NCBI GenBank assembly: GCA_963713145.1
Contig: CAVQKI010000006.1
Span: 74,369-138,368 of the forward strand
Direction: 5' to 3'
DNA from: an uncultured Thermoplasmata archaeon
Lineage (GTDB): Archaea > Thermoplasmatota > Thermoplasmata > Lutacidiplasmatales > UBA184
Length of the DNA stretch: 64,000 bases
Notes under the pieces: model-generated
The model's input: only the letters and a program-made list of their open reading frames with translations
Databases searched by the model: none
What the model was told of the DNA's origin: nothing
Made by a program: the position numbers and the translations under genes
Shown here: positions 19,287 through 29,489 of the stretch, one piece after another
Layout: each line of letters starts with the position of its first letter
Numbering within the stretch: position 1 is the stretch's first letter

Positions 19287-21601
19287 CCGGCCCCGCAGCG
19301 CGGACACCGTACCACGCCGGGCGGCCGGACCGCCCCACAGAACCCGCAGTAGAGGGCTGCTGGGGGTGCTCCTGCAGCCGGGGTGGGCGGACCGAACGCA
19401 AGGGTTCCGGCGCTTGCCGGAGGGGCGAATGGCGGTGGAGGGGGAGGCGCGGCCACCTTTGGCCGGCGAACGAGTGCCGCGACAAGGATCACGGCCGCGA
19501 CCACGATCCCGGCGAGGATGGCAAGCTCCACCAGGGGCAGCCCTGGAGACGAATGCGCGCGCGGAGGAACCCCGGGGGTCGGGCCGGTATAGGTGTAGTT
19601 CCGTACCGTTGCGTTCTCGTCGGCCGCGAGGAAGCGGGTGACGTTCAGCCCGCCCCAGCCGGTAGCGGCGTCCCACCCCGGAAGCGCGGCATAGACGAAG
19701 TTAGACCCGTTCGTCACGTCACTGAACGGGTCGCCGGGTCCGGGGAACGCCTGGTAGTAGCTCCCGATCCGGTAGATCTCAGGGTCGATGAACCCGAGGC
19801 CGACGAACGAGCCCTTCTGCTGGCTCTCGACCGCGACCACGTCCGCCAGGAGACCCGCGAGCACCGGCGCCGCGACGCTCGTTCCCTCCAGCACGTCGGC
19901 GAAGATCGTGCCGGTCTTGTTCGCGAAGTCGTAGACGATCGTGTCGTTCGCGGGCAGCGCGAGGTCGGGGGTCGCCCTGCCGAGCGAACCCAACCCCTCG
20001 AGGAACGTGGCGTTCGCGATGGAGGGCTGGGCGGCCGAATGGAACTGCCACCACGGCTCTCCGAACAGGTCGCTTGCGCCTCCCTCGGAACCCGCATACG
20101 CCCCCGGCCCCCGCGTCTGGTCGAACCAGACCGACTGGTTGGCGATACCCGACACCGAAGGGTCGAACGTCGCGTTCAGTACCGTCCCGTTGAAGATGGA
20201 TGTGGGCGAGCCGTCGAGGGAGACGCTCACGCCGCCCGCGGAGATCGCTCCTGAGGTGTTGAACGCCGCCGTGGACGGCCAGATGGGCCACTGTCCGTCC
20301 GACCGGCCCGACAGGAAGTCGGGGGCGTTCCCCTGGTCTCCGCTCGCCGCGACGACCGTCACTCCGGTCGCCGCCGCCTCGGAGAGATAGCCGTTCCAGA
20401 GCGAGTCGTTCACCTCCGGCAGGCCGAAGGAGGCCGAGACAACCGAGAGGTTCTGGGGAGAATAGTCGTGGTTGAGCGCGGCCCCCAGGTCCGCCGCGAA
20501 GTCGTCGGCGGCATCGCCGACCGGGATCGGGTTGTAGAGGGCGCTGCCCGGGAAGTAGAAATTGTAGAGGGACGCTCCCGGGGCGAGGCTCCCGGCCATC
20601 TCGAGGTCCAGGGAGTTCTCAGATTCGTCGAGGGTCGAGTCGTTTACGCCACCGAAACTGCCGGGGGCGGGAGGAGCGGCGCCACCGTCGAGCGTGACCG
20701 GTTCCCCTGTGAGGATCGGCACCGGCCACGTCTTCGGAAGGGTGTCGTTGAAGTACGTGGAAAGGACGGCCGGGTCCCAGGGCGGCAGGTTCGTACCGGA
20801 GGTCACGCTGTATCCGCTCGCGAGAAGGGTGGCTATCGCGACCCCGGTCGGGAACGTGGCATCCGGGACGGTCGCGTTCACCGGCCACAACGACGTCGCG
20901 CCGTACGCTTGAGCGTAGTCGGAACCGACGAACCAATCCGAGTCCGAAAGGTTCGACTGGACGAACTGATCGGACCCGGCCGGGCGGTCGACCGACCAGG
21001 GCGCCGCCGTCGGAGTCGACACCCCGGGGTCGGCGGTCGGCAGATTCGACAGTCCCCCGACGCCTACGACCAGACCTCTGAGCGCCGCCGGAAGTACGGG
21101 GGACCCCAACGCCGTGTAGCTTGGGCCCCCGTCGATCTTCACGAGGGTAACGCCCAGGAGTCGTTGGATCTGCTCAGAAGTTAGTAGGGCGGTCACGCCG
21201 ATTCCCCCGGGGGAGACCGTGACGGCGCGGGCCCCGCTTCCCGCCAAGGTGGACTCGACGGCTGCCACCTCGGCTTCGGGCGGGGCGAATTCGCGGACGA
21301 ACCCGGTGGACGAGAGGAAATCGCGGTACTGCGGAGAGCTCGGATTCGCCAGGTCGGAGAGGAGCGTTGCGAGTCGGCTCGCGTTGGCGAACCCGAGCGT
21401 CAGCGTCAGGCGGACCTCGGTGGAGTCGGGAATCGCCGCGATGCTCGCCTCGGCTGGCACGGCTCGGGCATCCGACGACAGGCCCTCGGCCGCGCCGCCG
21501 CTCGCCACGACCGGAGCCGCCCCGCGGTCGTGCAGGGCTGGCGTGGACCCCGACAGGAGGGCGAGAACCACCACCACGGCCAGCCAGGACCCGTGGGACA
21601 T
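19283..21601 (-). CDS. sedolisin (peptidase S53, kumamolisin-like) with C-terminal TM anchor, Pro-rich linker and zinc-ribbon tail
   Basis: Signal peptide MSHGSWLAVVVVLALLSGS from the ATG at 21601. Pro-kumamolisin-like activation region (PQYRDFLSSTGFVREFAPPEAEVAAVE). Catalytic-domain motifs SLDLEMAGSLAPGA, VVAASGDQG and EGTSVAAPVLAG. TM helix LAILAGIVVAAVILVAALV, then PPPPPPP, then YCGFCGAVRPPGVVRCPRCG. Confidence 0.8.
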   Translation of the reverse strand: MSHGSWLAVVVVLALLSGSTPALHDRGAAPVVASGGAAEGLSSDARAVPAEASIAAIPDSTEVRLTLTLGFANASRLATLLSDLANPSSPQYRDFLSSTGFVREFAPPEAEVAAVESTLAGSGARAVTVSPGGIGVTALLTSEQIQRLLGVTLVKIDGGPSYTALGSPVLPAALRGLVVGVGGLSNLPTADPGVSTPTAAPWSVDRPAGSDQFVQSNLSDSDWFVGSDYAQAYGATSLWPVNATVPDATFPTGVAIATLLASGYSVTSGTNLPPWDPAVLSTYFNDTLPKTWPVPILTGEPVTLDGGAAPPAPGSFGGVNDSTLDESENSLDLEMAGSLAPGASLYNFYFPGSALYNPIPVGDAADDFAADLGAALNHDYSPQNLSVVSASFGLPEVNDSLWNGYLSEAAATGVTVVAASGDQGNAPDFLSGRSDGQWPIWPSTAAFNTSGAISAGGVSVSLDGSPTSIFNGTVLNATFDPSVSGIANQSVWFDQTRGPGAYAGSEGGASDLFGEPWWQFHSAAQPSIANATFLEGLGSLGRATPDLALPANDTIVYDFANKTGTIFADVLEGTSVAAPVLAGLLADVVAVESQQKGSFVGLGFIDPEIYRIGSYYQAFPGPGDPFSDVTNGSNFVYAALPGWDAATGWGGLNVTRFLAADENATVRNYTYTGPTPGVPPRAHSSPGLPLVELAILAGIVVAAVILVAALVRRPKVAAPPPPPPFAPPASAGTLAFGPPTPAAGAPPAALYCGFCGAVRPPGVVRCPRCGAG

Positions 21602-21686
21602 CCCACATCCATGGGGTTCGGTCCTATGAATTAGTCCGGTTGGAGCTGCGCGGGGCAACCGTTTAGTCCGCCCTGCCCTCCTCGAG

Positions 21687-22112
21687 GTGATGGTGTCGGA
21701 GAAGCGGGACGGAGGCCCCTGTATCTTCTGCGCTATAGCGGCCCACACCGCGCCAGCGTACGTGGTCTACGAGGATGCCTCTACCCTGGCCTTCCTGGAT
21801 CTGTTCCCGTTCACCCGGGGGCACCTGCTCGTGATTCCCCGGCACCATGGGGCCCGTCTCACCGACATTCCGTTCGCGGACCAAACCGCGTTGATCCGCA
21901 CGTTGGACGAGCTCTGCCGCCGGGCAGAGCGGCTGACGCCCGACTACAACGTCGCGCTCAACGCGGGGCCCCACGCGGGCCAGATCGTGTTCCACGTCCA
22001 CTTCCACGTGATCCCCCGGTATGGCGAGGCGAACCCATTTCACCCCGGCAGCCGCACCCGTCTGGGAGAGGAGGAGGCCCGGGAACTCGTCCGGGAACTC
22101 TCCCAACCGTAG
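21687..22112 (+). CDS. HIT-family (histidine triad) nucleotide hydrolase
   Basis: CIFCAI...AFLDLFPFTRGHLLVIPRHH...HVHFHVIPR. Confidence 0.85.
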   Translation: MMVSEKRDGGPCIFCAIAAHTAPAYVVYEDASTLAFLDLFPFTRGHLLVIPRHHGARLTDIPFADQTALIRTLDELCRRAERLTPDYNVALNAGPHAGQIVFHVHFHVIPRYGEANPFHPGSRTRLGEEEARELVRELSQP

Positions 22113-22117
22113 GGGCC

Positions 22118-22981
22118 ATGTCGACCGTGCCCCGTCCCCCCGCGGTGGCCGGCCAGTTCTATGCGGCCGACGGCGCGACCCTAGCCCGTCAGGTCGAGTC
22201 GTGCTTCACCGACGCCCGTGGGCCCGGTTCCCTGCCTTCGCGGCATCGCACGCACGATCGTCGGATCGTGGCTGCCGTGGTCCCCCACGCCGGATACGAG
22301 TACTCCGGCGCGATCGCAGCCCACGTCTACGCCCAGATCGGGGCGGAGCGACCTCCCGAGTCCGTCCTCGTCCTCGGCGTCGACCACTACGGCCTCAGCG
22401 AAGGGGCGTCCTTGTCCGCACGGCCGTGGCTCACCCCGATCGGGCCGACCGCGATCGACACCGACCTGGTCCGGGCCCTGGACGTCCCCCCACTCCACAT
22501 CGACGAGGCGGCCCACGCTCGCGAGCATTCGATCGAAGTGCAGTTGCCGTTCCTCGAGTACGTCCTCCCGAAGCCACGTTTCGTGCCGCTCGAGGTCCGG
22601 TTCGGTCCGGAGGAGTACCTGGAGGAGGTCGCCGAAGTGGTTCGCAAAGCGATCGCCGGCAGGGACGTTCTGCTCCTCGCATCGACGGACTTCTCCCACT
22701 ACGTGTCCCCCGCGACGGCCCAGCGCCTCGACCGGCTCGCGATCGATGCGATCCTTGAGCGCGACGCGCGCCGACTCTACCAGACCGTCGCAGAACACGA
22801 CATCTCGATGTGTGGGATCGCTCCGACCACCGTCCTGCTGGCCGCGCTCTCAGGGCAGAAGCTCACGGCCCGGCTCCTGCGTTGGGGGCACTCGGGAGAG
22901 GTCGCGCCCTCGCGCCAGGTCGTGGGGTACGCGGCGATCGTCCTCGAACGCTCGGGAGAGGCTCGGTCGTCGGTTAAATAG
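22118..22981 (+). CDS. MEMO1 / AmmeMemoRadiSam system protein B family
   Basis: PAVAGQFY, VVPHAGYEYSG, LGVDHYG, HSIEVQLPFLEY, LASTDFSHY. Confidence 0.8.
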   Translation: MSTVPRPPAVAGQFYAADGATLARQVESCFTDARGPGSLPSRHRTHDRRIVAAVVPHAGYEYSGAIAAHVYAQIGAERPPESVLVLGVDHYGLSEGASLSARPWLTPIGPTAIDTDLVRALDVPPLHIDEAAHAREHSIEVQLPFLEYVLPKPRFVPLEVRFGPEEYLEEVAEVVRKAIAGRDVLLLASTDFSHYVSPATAQRLDRLAIDAILERDARRLYQTVAEHDISMCGIAPTTVLLAALSGQKLTARLLRWGHSGEVAPSRQVVGYAAIVLERSGEARSSVK

Positions 22982-23008
22982 CGGGGTCGGCTCGGCGCGC
23001 CCGTTTCG

Positions 23009-23563
23009 ATGATCCTCTCGGACAGAAAGATTCTCGAGGCGATGAAGGACGGGCGGATCGTCGTCCGCCCGTACCGGCCGAAGTGCCTTGGGACGAACTC
23101 GTACGATGTCCACCTTGGGCCTTACCTCATGGTGTACCGAACGGGCGCGCTCGATTCCCGGCGGGCGAATCCGGTCCGGGAGTTCCGCATCCCGCCGGAG
23201 GGGTTCGTCCTGATCCCGGGCCAGCTCTACCTGGGCGTCACCGAGGAGTACACCGAGACGCACGGGTACGTCCCGTTCCTCGAGGGGAAGTCGAGCGTTG
23301 GCCGACTCGGCATCGACATCCATTCCACGGCAGGGAAGGGGGACGAGGGCTTCTGCAACCACTGGACGCTCGAGATGAGCGTGAAGCTTCCCGTCCGCAT
23401 CTACGCGGGTATGCCGGTGGGCCAGCTGATCTACTTCGAGATCTCGGGCCCGATCGGCCACAGCTACTCGACCAAGAAGTCGGCGAAGTACCGACGGGTC
23501 TCACGGCATCCCATCCCCTCCCGTATGCACCTCAACTTCTCGCGCAGCAAACGGTCCCGCTGA
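23009..23563 (+). CDS. dcd: dCTP deaminase
   Basis: MILSDRKILEAM...LGTNSYDVHLG...EGKSSVGRLGIDIHSTAG.GDEGF.NHWTLEM. Confidence 0.85.
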   Translation: MILSDRKILEAMKDGRIVVRPYRPKCLGTNSYDVHLGPYLMVYRTGALDSRRANPVREFRIPPEGFVLIPGQLYLGVTEEYTETHGYVPFLEGKSSVGRLGIDIHSTAGKGDEGFCNHWTLEMSVKLPVRIYAGMPVGQLIYFEISGPIGHSYSTKKSAKYRRVSRHPIPSRMHLNFSRSKRSR

Positions 23564-23584
23564 AGCGGGCCGCGGCGAGGGTTC

Positions 23585-24214
23585 GTGAAGGCACCGGGTC
23601 CCGAGCGCGTCCGCGCGCTTCCCATGCCGATTGTCACCCCTCGGCTCGAGCTGCGGTGGCCCTCGTCGCGCCTAAACGACCAGGTGGTCCGCCTTGTCAA
23701 CGACCCGGCCGTCCACCATTGGACCCTGCATATCCCGAGCCCGTACGTCCGGGCCGACTCGGAGGAGTTCGTCCGCCGGGCCCGGGTCAACCGGCGGAGT
23801 GGCCGGAGCCTATCGTTCCAGATCGTGGGTCGGAGCGACGGCATGCTCGTTGGCGGCGTCGGGCTGCACGGTCTGGGGAACCCGAACCGCACCGCGGAGG
23901 TCGGGTATCGGCTCGGGCGAAACTTCCGCGGCCACGGATTCGCCACGGAGGCCGTACAGGGTGTGACCCGCGCCGCGTTCGATCACCTCGCCATCGACCG
24001 CGTGGATGCCCATGTCTTTCCAGGGAACGCAAGGTCGGAGAGAGTGCTCCTGCGCTGCGGATTCCGCCGAGAAGGACAGCTCCGGGAGAGCGTCCTCAAG
24101 GATGGGACGCGCAAGGACGAGATCGTCTACGCGCGGCTCCGCTCGGACCCCGAACCCGTACCGCTGGGGCGACCCTCGCCGGGACGGCGGGGTTCGGTCC
24201 CGCGCACCAGGTAG
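23585..24214 (+). CDS. GNAT-family N-acetyltransferase (RimJ/RimL-like)
   Basis: TPRLELR...GGVGLH......AEVGYRLGRNFRGHGFATEA...LAIDRVDAHVFPGNARSERVLLRCGFRREG. GTG start. Confidence 0.8.
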   Translation: MKAPGPERVRALPMPIVTPRLELRWPSSRLNDQVVRLVNDPAVHHWTLHIPSPYVRADSEEFVRRARVNRRSGRSLSFQIVGRSDGMLVGGVGLHGLGNPNRTAEVGYRLGRNFRGHGFATEAVQGVTRAAFDHLAIDRVDAHVFPGNARSERVLLRCGFRREGQLRESVLKDGTRKDEIVYARLRSDPEPVPLGRPSPGRRGSVPRTR

Positions 24215-27072
24215 AACGCGGGTCGGCCGGGCCGAGCGCGCTCGCGTCGGCCGAGGGGGTCGTGCGCCGCGGCTTCTCGCTCGGGATGGACCGAAACGGA
24301 ACGGAAGCCGAACCGGCGGGCAAGGTACCCTTCCGCGGACCGGAGGGTCGCGATCTCGTCGACCGGCGTGGTCGGTGGCTCTGAACGGAGCAGGGAACCG
24401 AACCGCTCGATGTATCGGGGAACCTCGCCCCGGTACGCGGAGAGTTCGGCGTGACCCGCCAGGCGTTGCATGACATCACGGACGGAGGGGGCGTCACCCC
24501 GGCCGATCGATTCGCGCACCCACCCTTCCACGATCGCCTTCCACGGCGCCGCGACGTAGAACACCGCCTCCTCGGGGAGAGGGTCGCCTCGCCCGATGGA
24601 GGGCGTAAGGACGGCTCGGAGATCCTCCTCCACTCGGTCGAGGAACTCCTCCCGGGCTTCCGCTTCGGGAGAGAGGGGGAACTCGTCCTCCGTCGGGAAC
24701 GGAGCGGTGGCGACCAGGGCGGGGAACCTTCCGTCCCCCATCTCTTCCGCAAGGTGGGGCGCGATGGGGGAGAGGAGTCGGGTCCAGGCCCCGACGAGCC
24801 GGTCGGTGGCCTTGCCGGGACTGCCGCCCCGAGCGTAGTATCGCTTGAGGTGGCCGGGAATCTCCACGCACGTCGCTTGGGCCGCGGCTCGCAGGTCGGC
24901 GGACGCGTACGCTGCGCGGATCCGGGCGACGGTCCGGTGCATCATCGAGTCGAGCCACCGGTCGAGCTCGGGCGGACCGTCCGAATCGCCCCGGGCCGAC
25001 GCTGCCATGCGCTCGACCTCGCCGAGCCGGTCCGCCGCGGCGCGGGCTACGTCCGAGTCCCAGTCGACGTCCTGGGCGGCGGATGCGCCAAGGTAGTAGA
25101 ACAGCCGGAGCGCGTCGGCTCCCCACTCCTCGATCGCCCCCTCAACGGACGGGATGCGCCCACCCTTCGAGGCGATCTCCTTCTTCGACAGCTTGTCCCC
25201 GGTATCGCCGGTGACCCAACCGTGGACGTAGATCGAGCGGGGCTGGAGCTCGGGAGGCAGGAGCCGGGCGTGGGTGTAGAGGAACACCGGGAAGTGGACA
25301 CGCTTGTGCTCCTTTCCGGCCATGTTGATGTCGAGCGGATACCAGTAGAGGAACTCGGCTCGAACCTCCTCCAGCAGGGGCCGGTCCACGCTCGGCTCCC
25401 CGGGGCCCGTCCCCAAGAACACGTAATCGAAGAGCGCGTCCGTCAGCTGGACGAGAGAGAGGCGGCCGGTGGTGACGAACCTCCGCACCACGAAGTACGC
25501 CATGTAGAACGTCGAGTCCGCTATCGGCTCGATGGTCCAGGCAGGGTCGAGCGGGAACGGAGTCCCCAGCCAGCGGCCCTGGCGGGTGCACGGCCGGTCC
25601 TCGAACCAGTCCAGGATCCCCGGCAGTTCTCGGCCGTAATCGGCAGGCCAGGTCACCAGGCGTTCGGCCAGGGCCCGCGCCTCGGCCTTCCACGGTGGGT
25701 CTCCGTAGTGGAGGAACCACTGGTCCGGGACCCGACGGATCACGACCGTATGCCCGTTCCGGCACACTACGGGTTTGGAGAACTCCCGGAGCGGGAAGCT
25801 CGAACCGGCCGACACGAGCGTCGTCGCGACGCGTTCGCGCGCGTCGCGAACGAGTATCCCGGCGAGCTCGGGGACGGTCATCTGTCCGCGAACGTACTCG
25901 AGGCGGTAGAGGCGGTCGGTCGCGAGGTCGACCTTCTTCCGGTCGGTCAGTCCTTTCGCCCCGACCGCACGGAGGGCCTTCTGCGCCGGCGTTCCGTCGC
26001 CCGCGACCAGCTCAGCCTCGGACCCCGCGAGCCCGGAGGGATCTGGGATCTCGAGGAGGACCGCGGGCGGGCGGATGCGGGACCGGAGCTCCGACGGCAC
26101 TTCTTCGATGGCTGCGGCGTCCGCCGGAGCGTGCGCGGGGACGCTCATCACGACCCCGGTCCCCACCTCGGGGTCCACGAGGGCGCTCTCGATCACGGGC
26201 ACCCGCTCTCGGCTCAAAGGGACCGTCACCTCGTGGCCGAGCAGGTCTGCGGTCGGGACCGTGTGGCCGATGCGACCGCCGTGCTGCTCGACCAATCGCT
26301 CCGCCGTGACGGAGGTGACCAGGAACGACCGCTCGGCGTGGTGCCAGACGACGAGCGACCCGCCCTTCTCGACCCAGAGGTTCGTTACCCCGTAGACCGT
26401 CTCCGGCCGCAGCGTCGCCGCAAGGAGGATCCGACCGTCGTCCAGGGCGAACGGCACCGTGGTGTACGTCAGGACCTCGGCGTCTCCGCCGGAGGAGAGG
26501 TCGGTCTCCGTCGCATCGACCGCTACCGGGCCGCACACGGGGCAGACCGAGGAATAGTGGGTTCCCTGTACGAGGGCACCCTTCGCCTTGAGCGTGCGGA
26601 ACTGCCAGCGAATGAACGCGCGATAGTCGTCGTCGATCGTCGTAACGTAGCTCGTCGGGTCGACCAGGACTCCGATCGAGCGCAGGACTTGCGCGTAGGT
26701 CCCGCCCAGGAATCGGGCGGCCGCCTCGGGATCCTCTAACCGCGGCCACTCGCTCGCGGGGACGCGGGCCTCTTCGAGGGATCGAACCGTCGACGGGTCG
26801 CGGTCCCGGACCTTCTGTGCCCAGGAGACGGCCGGGAGGCCGGAGGCGTGGACTCCGAACGGCTGGAACACCTGCTCGCCCAGCATCCGATGGTACCGGT
26901 GGAGGGCGTCGGCGTACACGTACCCCCGGAGGTGGCCCACGTGGAGGAACCCGCTCGGGCCGGGGTAGGCGATGAGCGCGTAGAACTTGCGCCGCCCCGG
27001 TTGGCGTCGGGCCGTTGCGATCCCAGCGCGGGACCACGCCTCCTGCCAACGCGAAGCGCGTTTGGCGTCCAT
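24127..27072 (-). CDS. leuS: leucyl-tRNA synthetase, archaeal type
   Basis: 981-aa intact ORF. The HIGH region is YPGPSGFLHVGHLRGY. A large editing-domain insertion is present. The KMSKS-like region is GDKLSKKE followed by AIEEWGADALRLF. Assigned to Leu rather than Ile/Val from overall resemblance only. Confidence 0.75.
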   Translation of the reverse strand: MDAKRASRWQEAWSRAGIATARRQPGRRKFYALIAYPGPSGFLHVGHLRGYVYADALHRYHRMLGEQVFQPFGVHASGLPAVSWAQKVRDRDPSTVRSLEEARVPASEWPRLEDPEAAARFLGGTYAQVLRSIGVLVDPTSYVTTIDDDYRAFIRWQFRTLKAKGALVQGTHYSSVCPVCGPVAVDATETDLSSGGDAEVLTYTTVPFALDDGRILLAATLRPETVYGVTNLWVEKGGSLVVWHHAERSFLVTSVTAERLVEQHGGRIGHTVPTADLLGHEVTVPLSRERVPVIESALVDPEVGTGVVMSVPAHAPADAAAIEEVPSELRSRIRPPAVLLEIPDPSGLAGSEAELVAGDGTPAQKALRAVGAKGLTDRKKVDLATDRLYRLEYVRGQMTVPELAGILVRDARERVATTLVSAGSSFPLREFSKPVVCRNGHTVVIRRVPDQWFLHYGDPPWKAEARALAERLVTWPADYGRELPGILDWFEDRPCTRQGRWLGTPFPLDPAWTIEPIADSTFYMAYFVVRRFVTTGRLSLVQLTDALFDYVFLGTGPGEPSVDRPLLEEVRAEFLYWYPLDINMAGKEHKRVHFPVFLYTHARLLPPELQPRSIYVHGWVTGDTGDKLSKKEIASKGGRIPSVEGAIEEWGADALRLFYYLGASAAQDVDWDSDVARAAADRLGEVERMAASARGDSDGPPELDRWLDSMMHRTVARIRAAYASADLRAAAQATCVEIPGHLKRYYARGGSPGKATDRLVGAWTRLLSPIAPHLAEEMGDGRFPALVATAPFPTEDEFPLSPEAEAREEFLDRVEEDLRAVLTPSIGRGDPLPEEAVFYVAAPWKAIVEGWVRESIGRGDAPSVRDVMQRLAGHAELSAYRGEVPRYIERFGSLLRSEPPTTPVDEIATLRSAEGYLARRFGFRSVSVHPEREAAAHDPLGRRERARPGRPAFYLVRGTEPRRPGEGRPSGTGSGSERSRA

Positions 27073-27237
27073 CGGGCCATCGAGAGAAGCATGGTATTTG
27101 AGCGATTGCGCGGATCGCCCCGGTAGTTCGGTGCTCGCCGCGCGCGAAGGGCCGGATTTGGCCCCGGCTGCCCGCCGGCCGGGCGGGCGCTCGACGGTTC
27201 GAAGTCCCTATAGGCCGCCGCCCCGGTAACGGGCGCC

Positions 27238-27868
27238 GTGCGGATCATCGAGGTGTTCCATTCGGTCCAGGGCGAAGGACCGTTCACCGGCGTCCGTACG
27301 CTCGTTCGTGCGAACGGCGCGGTGCAACCTCCGATGCGCGTGGTGCGACACGACCTACTCGTTCGGCCCCGGCAAGGAACGCTCCATCCCGTCGCTCCTC
27401 GCGGAGATCGCCCGGCACCGCACTCACCACGTCTGCCTCACCGGGGGCGAGCCGCTGCTGCAGAGCGAGTCGCTCGCGCTCGTCCGGCGCCTCTCCCAGG
27501 CCGGCCTCACCACGGTGATCGAAACGGGCGGGTCGCTCGATGTCTCCCCGTTCTTGGGCGTCCCGAACGTCGTTCTCAGTGTGGACGTGAAGTGCCCGTC
27601 GTCGAAGATGCAGGAACACAACCGCTGGGCGAACCTGCCCCTCTTGCGGGAACGCGACGTGCTCAAGTTTGTGGTCGGGGACCGCCGGGACTACCTCTAC
27701 GCGAAGGGCGTGCTTCGGCGGTACACCGGAAAGTCGACCGTCGTGTTCCAACCGGTCTGGGGAAGTGACGCGGGGAGGCTCGCCGACTGGGTCCTCCACG
27801 ACCGGCTCGACGTCCGGGTGATGGTGCAGGAGCACAAGGTCCTCTGGGGGGACGTTCCCGGCCGGTGA
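27238..27868 (+). CDS. queE: 7-carboxy-7-deazaguanine synthase QueE (radical SAM); frame break at about 27285-27300
   Basis: A GTG-start piece VRIIEVFHSVQGEGPFTG is followed, after a one-base shift, by SVRSFVRTARCNLRCAWCDTTYSF...CLTGGEPLL. Confidence 0.8.
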
Positions 27869-27939
27869 GCCGAGGCGCGCCTCCCCGCCCCTCCTGAGAT
27901 AGCGTAAAGAGCCCGGAGCCCTCGTTCGCCCCTCGGTTC

Positions 27940-29049
27940 ATGGCGGAGAGCCAATCCGACGGGCACGTTCCCCGCGGAACGGCCGATTCCCCGTTCGGCA
28001 AAGCGAAGGGGATGGTGTTCCCGCGGACCGTCCTGGTCGGCCACGGTGTCATCGACGAGCTGGCGGGCATGTGCCGTCAGTTCGATTTTCCGTCGCGGGG
28101 CACGGTCATCACCGGCCCTCACACCGCCGAGCTCGCGGGAAACCGGGCCGTGGAGATCCTGAAGGGCGACGGCTTCGAGGTCAGCATGATCGTGGCGCAC
28201 GAGGCGACCGGCGTCGAGGTCGATCGCGTAGCGGCCGAGGTCAAGTCGTTCGAGGCGCGGTTCCTGGTCGGCGCCGGCGGCGGCAGCAAGATCGATATCA
28301 CGAAGGTCGTGGCCGCACGCCTTCGCATCCCATTCATCAGCCTGCCCACCTCCGCCGCGCACGACGGAATCTCCTCTCCCCGGGCCTCGCTGCACGATTC
28401 CGAGAGCGTGACCAGTCTCACGGCCGCGGTACCGATCGGCGTCGTCGCCGATACTGCGGTGATCGTTCGGGCTCCGTTCCGGCTCCTGGCGTCCGGGTGC
28501 GCCGACGTGATCTCGAACGTCACCGCGGTCCTCGACTGGCGCTTGGCCGTGCGCCTGCGGAGCGAGGAGTACTCGAGCACGGCCGCGACCCTGAGCGAGT
28601 ACGCGGCCCAGGAGGTGATCGACCACGCGAGCGCGATCAAGCCGAACCTCGAGGAATCGGTCTGGATCGCGATCCGACCGATCCTCGTCGCGGGGATCGC
28701 GATGAGCGTCGCGGGGTCGTCCCGGCCCTGCTCGGGCAGCGAGCACCTGTTCAGCCATGCCCTCGACCGCGTGGCCGAGCATCCCAGCCTCCACGGGGAA
28801 CAGTGCGGCGTCGGGGCGATCATGATGATGTACCTTCACGGCGGCGACTGGAAAAGGCTCAAGAACGCCCTGGTGACGATCGGGGCCCCGACCACGGCGC
28901 GAGAGCTCGGTGTTACGAAGGAGGAGGTGGTACGGGCCCTCGTGATGGCGCATTCGATCCGGCCGGACCGCTACACCATCCTCGGCGATAGCGGGCTGCC
29001 GCGCGAGGCGGCGGAGAGGCTCGCCACCGTCACAGGAGTGATCGACTGA
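27940..29049 (+). CDS. egsA: sn-glycerol-1-phosphate dehydrogenase
   Basis: GAGGGSKIDITK, SLPTSAAHDGISSPRASL, ASGCADVISN, GSEHLFSHALD and HGEQCGVG, typical of archaeal G1PDH. The true start may be the internal MVFPRTV. Confidence 0.85.
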   Translation: MAESQSDGHVPRGTADSPFGKAKGMVFPRTVLVGHGVIDELAGMCRQFDFPSRGTVITGPHTAELAGNRAVEILKGDGFEVSMIVAHEATGVEVDRVAAEVKSFEARFLVGAGGGSKIDITKVVAARLRIPFISLPTSAAHDGISSPRASLHDSESVTSLTAAVPIGVVADTAVIVRAPFRLLASGCADVISNVTAVLDWRLAVRLRSEEYSSTAATLSEYAAQEVIDHASAIKPNLEESVWIAIRPILVAGIAMSVAGSSRPCSGSEHLFSHALDRVAEHPSLHGEQCGVGAIMMMYLHGGDWKRLKNALVTIGAPTTARELGVTKEEVVRALVMAHSIRPDRYTILGDSGLPREAAERLATVTGVID

Positions 29050-29050
29050 G

Positions 29051-29479
29051 ATGCCCGAGATCACGCTCCTCGGCATCGCCGAGGCGAAGGAAGGGTTCGA
29101 GTTCGTCTACCAGGGTGGGGCCCCGATATGCCGCACGTGCCCCTACCGCCACGCCTGCTTGACGCTGGACGCCGGCCGGCGCTACGCCGTGACCAAGGTC
29201 CGCCCCGTCACCCATCCGTGCGCGCTTCAGGAGACCGACGCCCACGTGGTCGAGGTGAAGGCGATCGCGCGGCCGCTGGTGGTCGATTCGCGAAGCGCCA
29301 TCGTGGGCAGCCAGGTCGAGGTGGGCCGGTACCCGTGCCGCCGCCTGGACTGCTCCAACTGGTGGATCTGCGCAGGTCCCGAGGTCCCAGCGAAGCAGCG
29401 GTACCACGTCGAGAAGGTTGACAGCGAGCCCGCGGAGTGCAAGATCGGCCGAACGTTGAAACGGGTCGACGCGGTCTAG
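29051..29479 (+). CDS. UPF0179-family conserved archaeal protein
   Basis: ITLLGIAEAKEGFEFVYQG....CRTCPYRHACLTLDAGRRYAVTKVRPVTHPC...VVEV matches my memory of UPF0179 proteins. Confidence 0.65.
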   Translation: MPEITLLGIAEAKEGFEFVYQGGAPICRTCPYRHACLTLDAGRRYAVTKVRPVTHPCALQETDAHVVEVKAIARPLVVDSRSAIVGSQVEVGRYPCRRLDCSNWWICAGPEVPAKQRYHVEKVDSEPAECKIGRTLKRVDAV

Positions 29480-29489
29480 TTCCCGATGC

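Noticed and set aside
24451-26739. Very long antisense ORFs opposite real genes. Examples are 24451..26739 (opposite leuS), 9026..10366, 14102..15508, 14577..15872, 16481..17626, 29831..31417, 33365..34825 and 36862..37968.
   Set aside because: They are typical shadow ORFs of high-GC DNA. Their translations are Arg/Gly/Pro/Asp-rich with no motifs, and each lies opposite a gene with clear family signatures.
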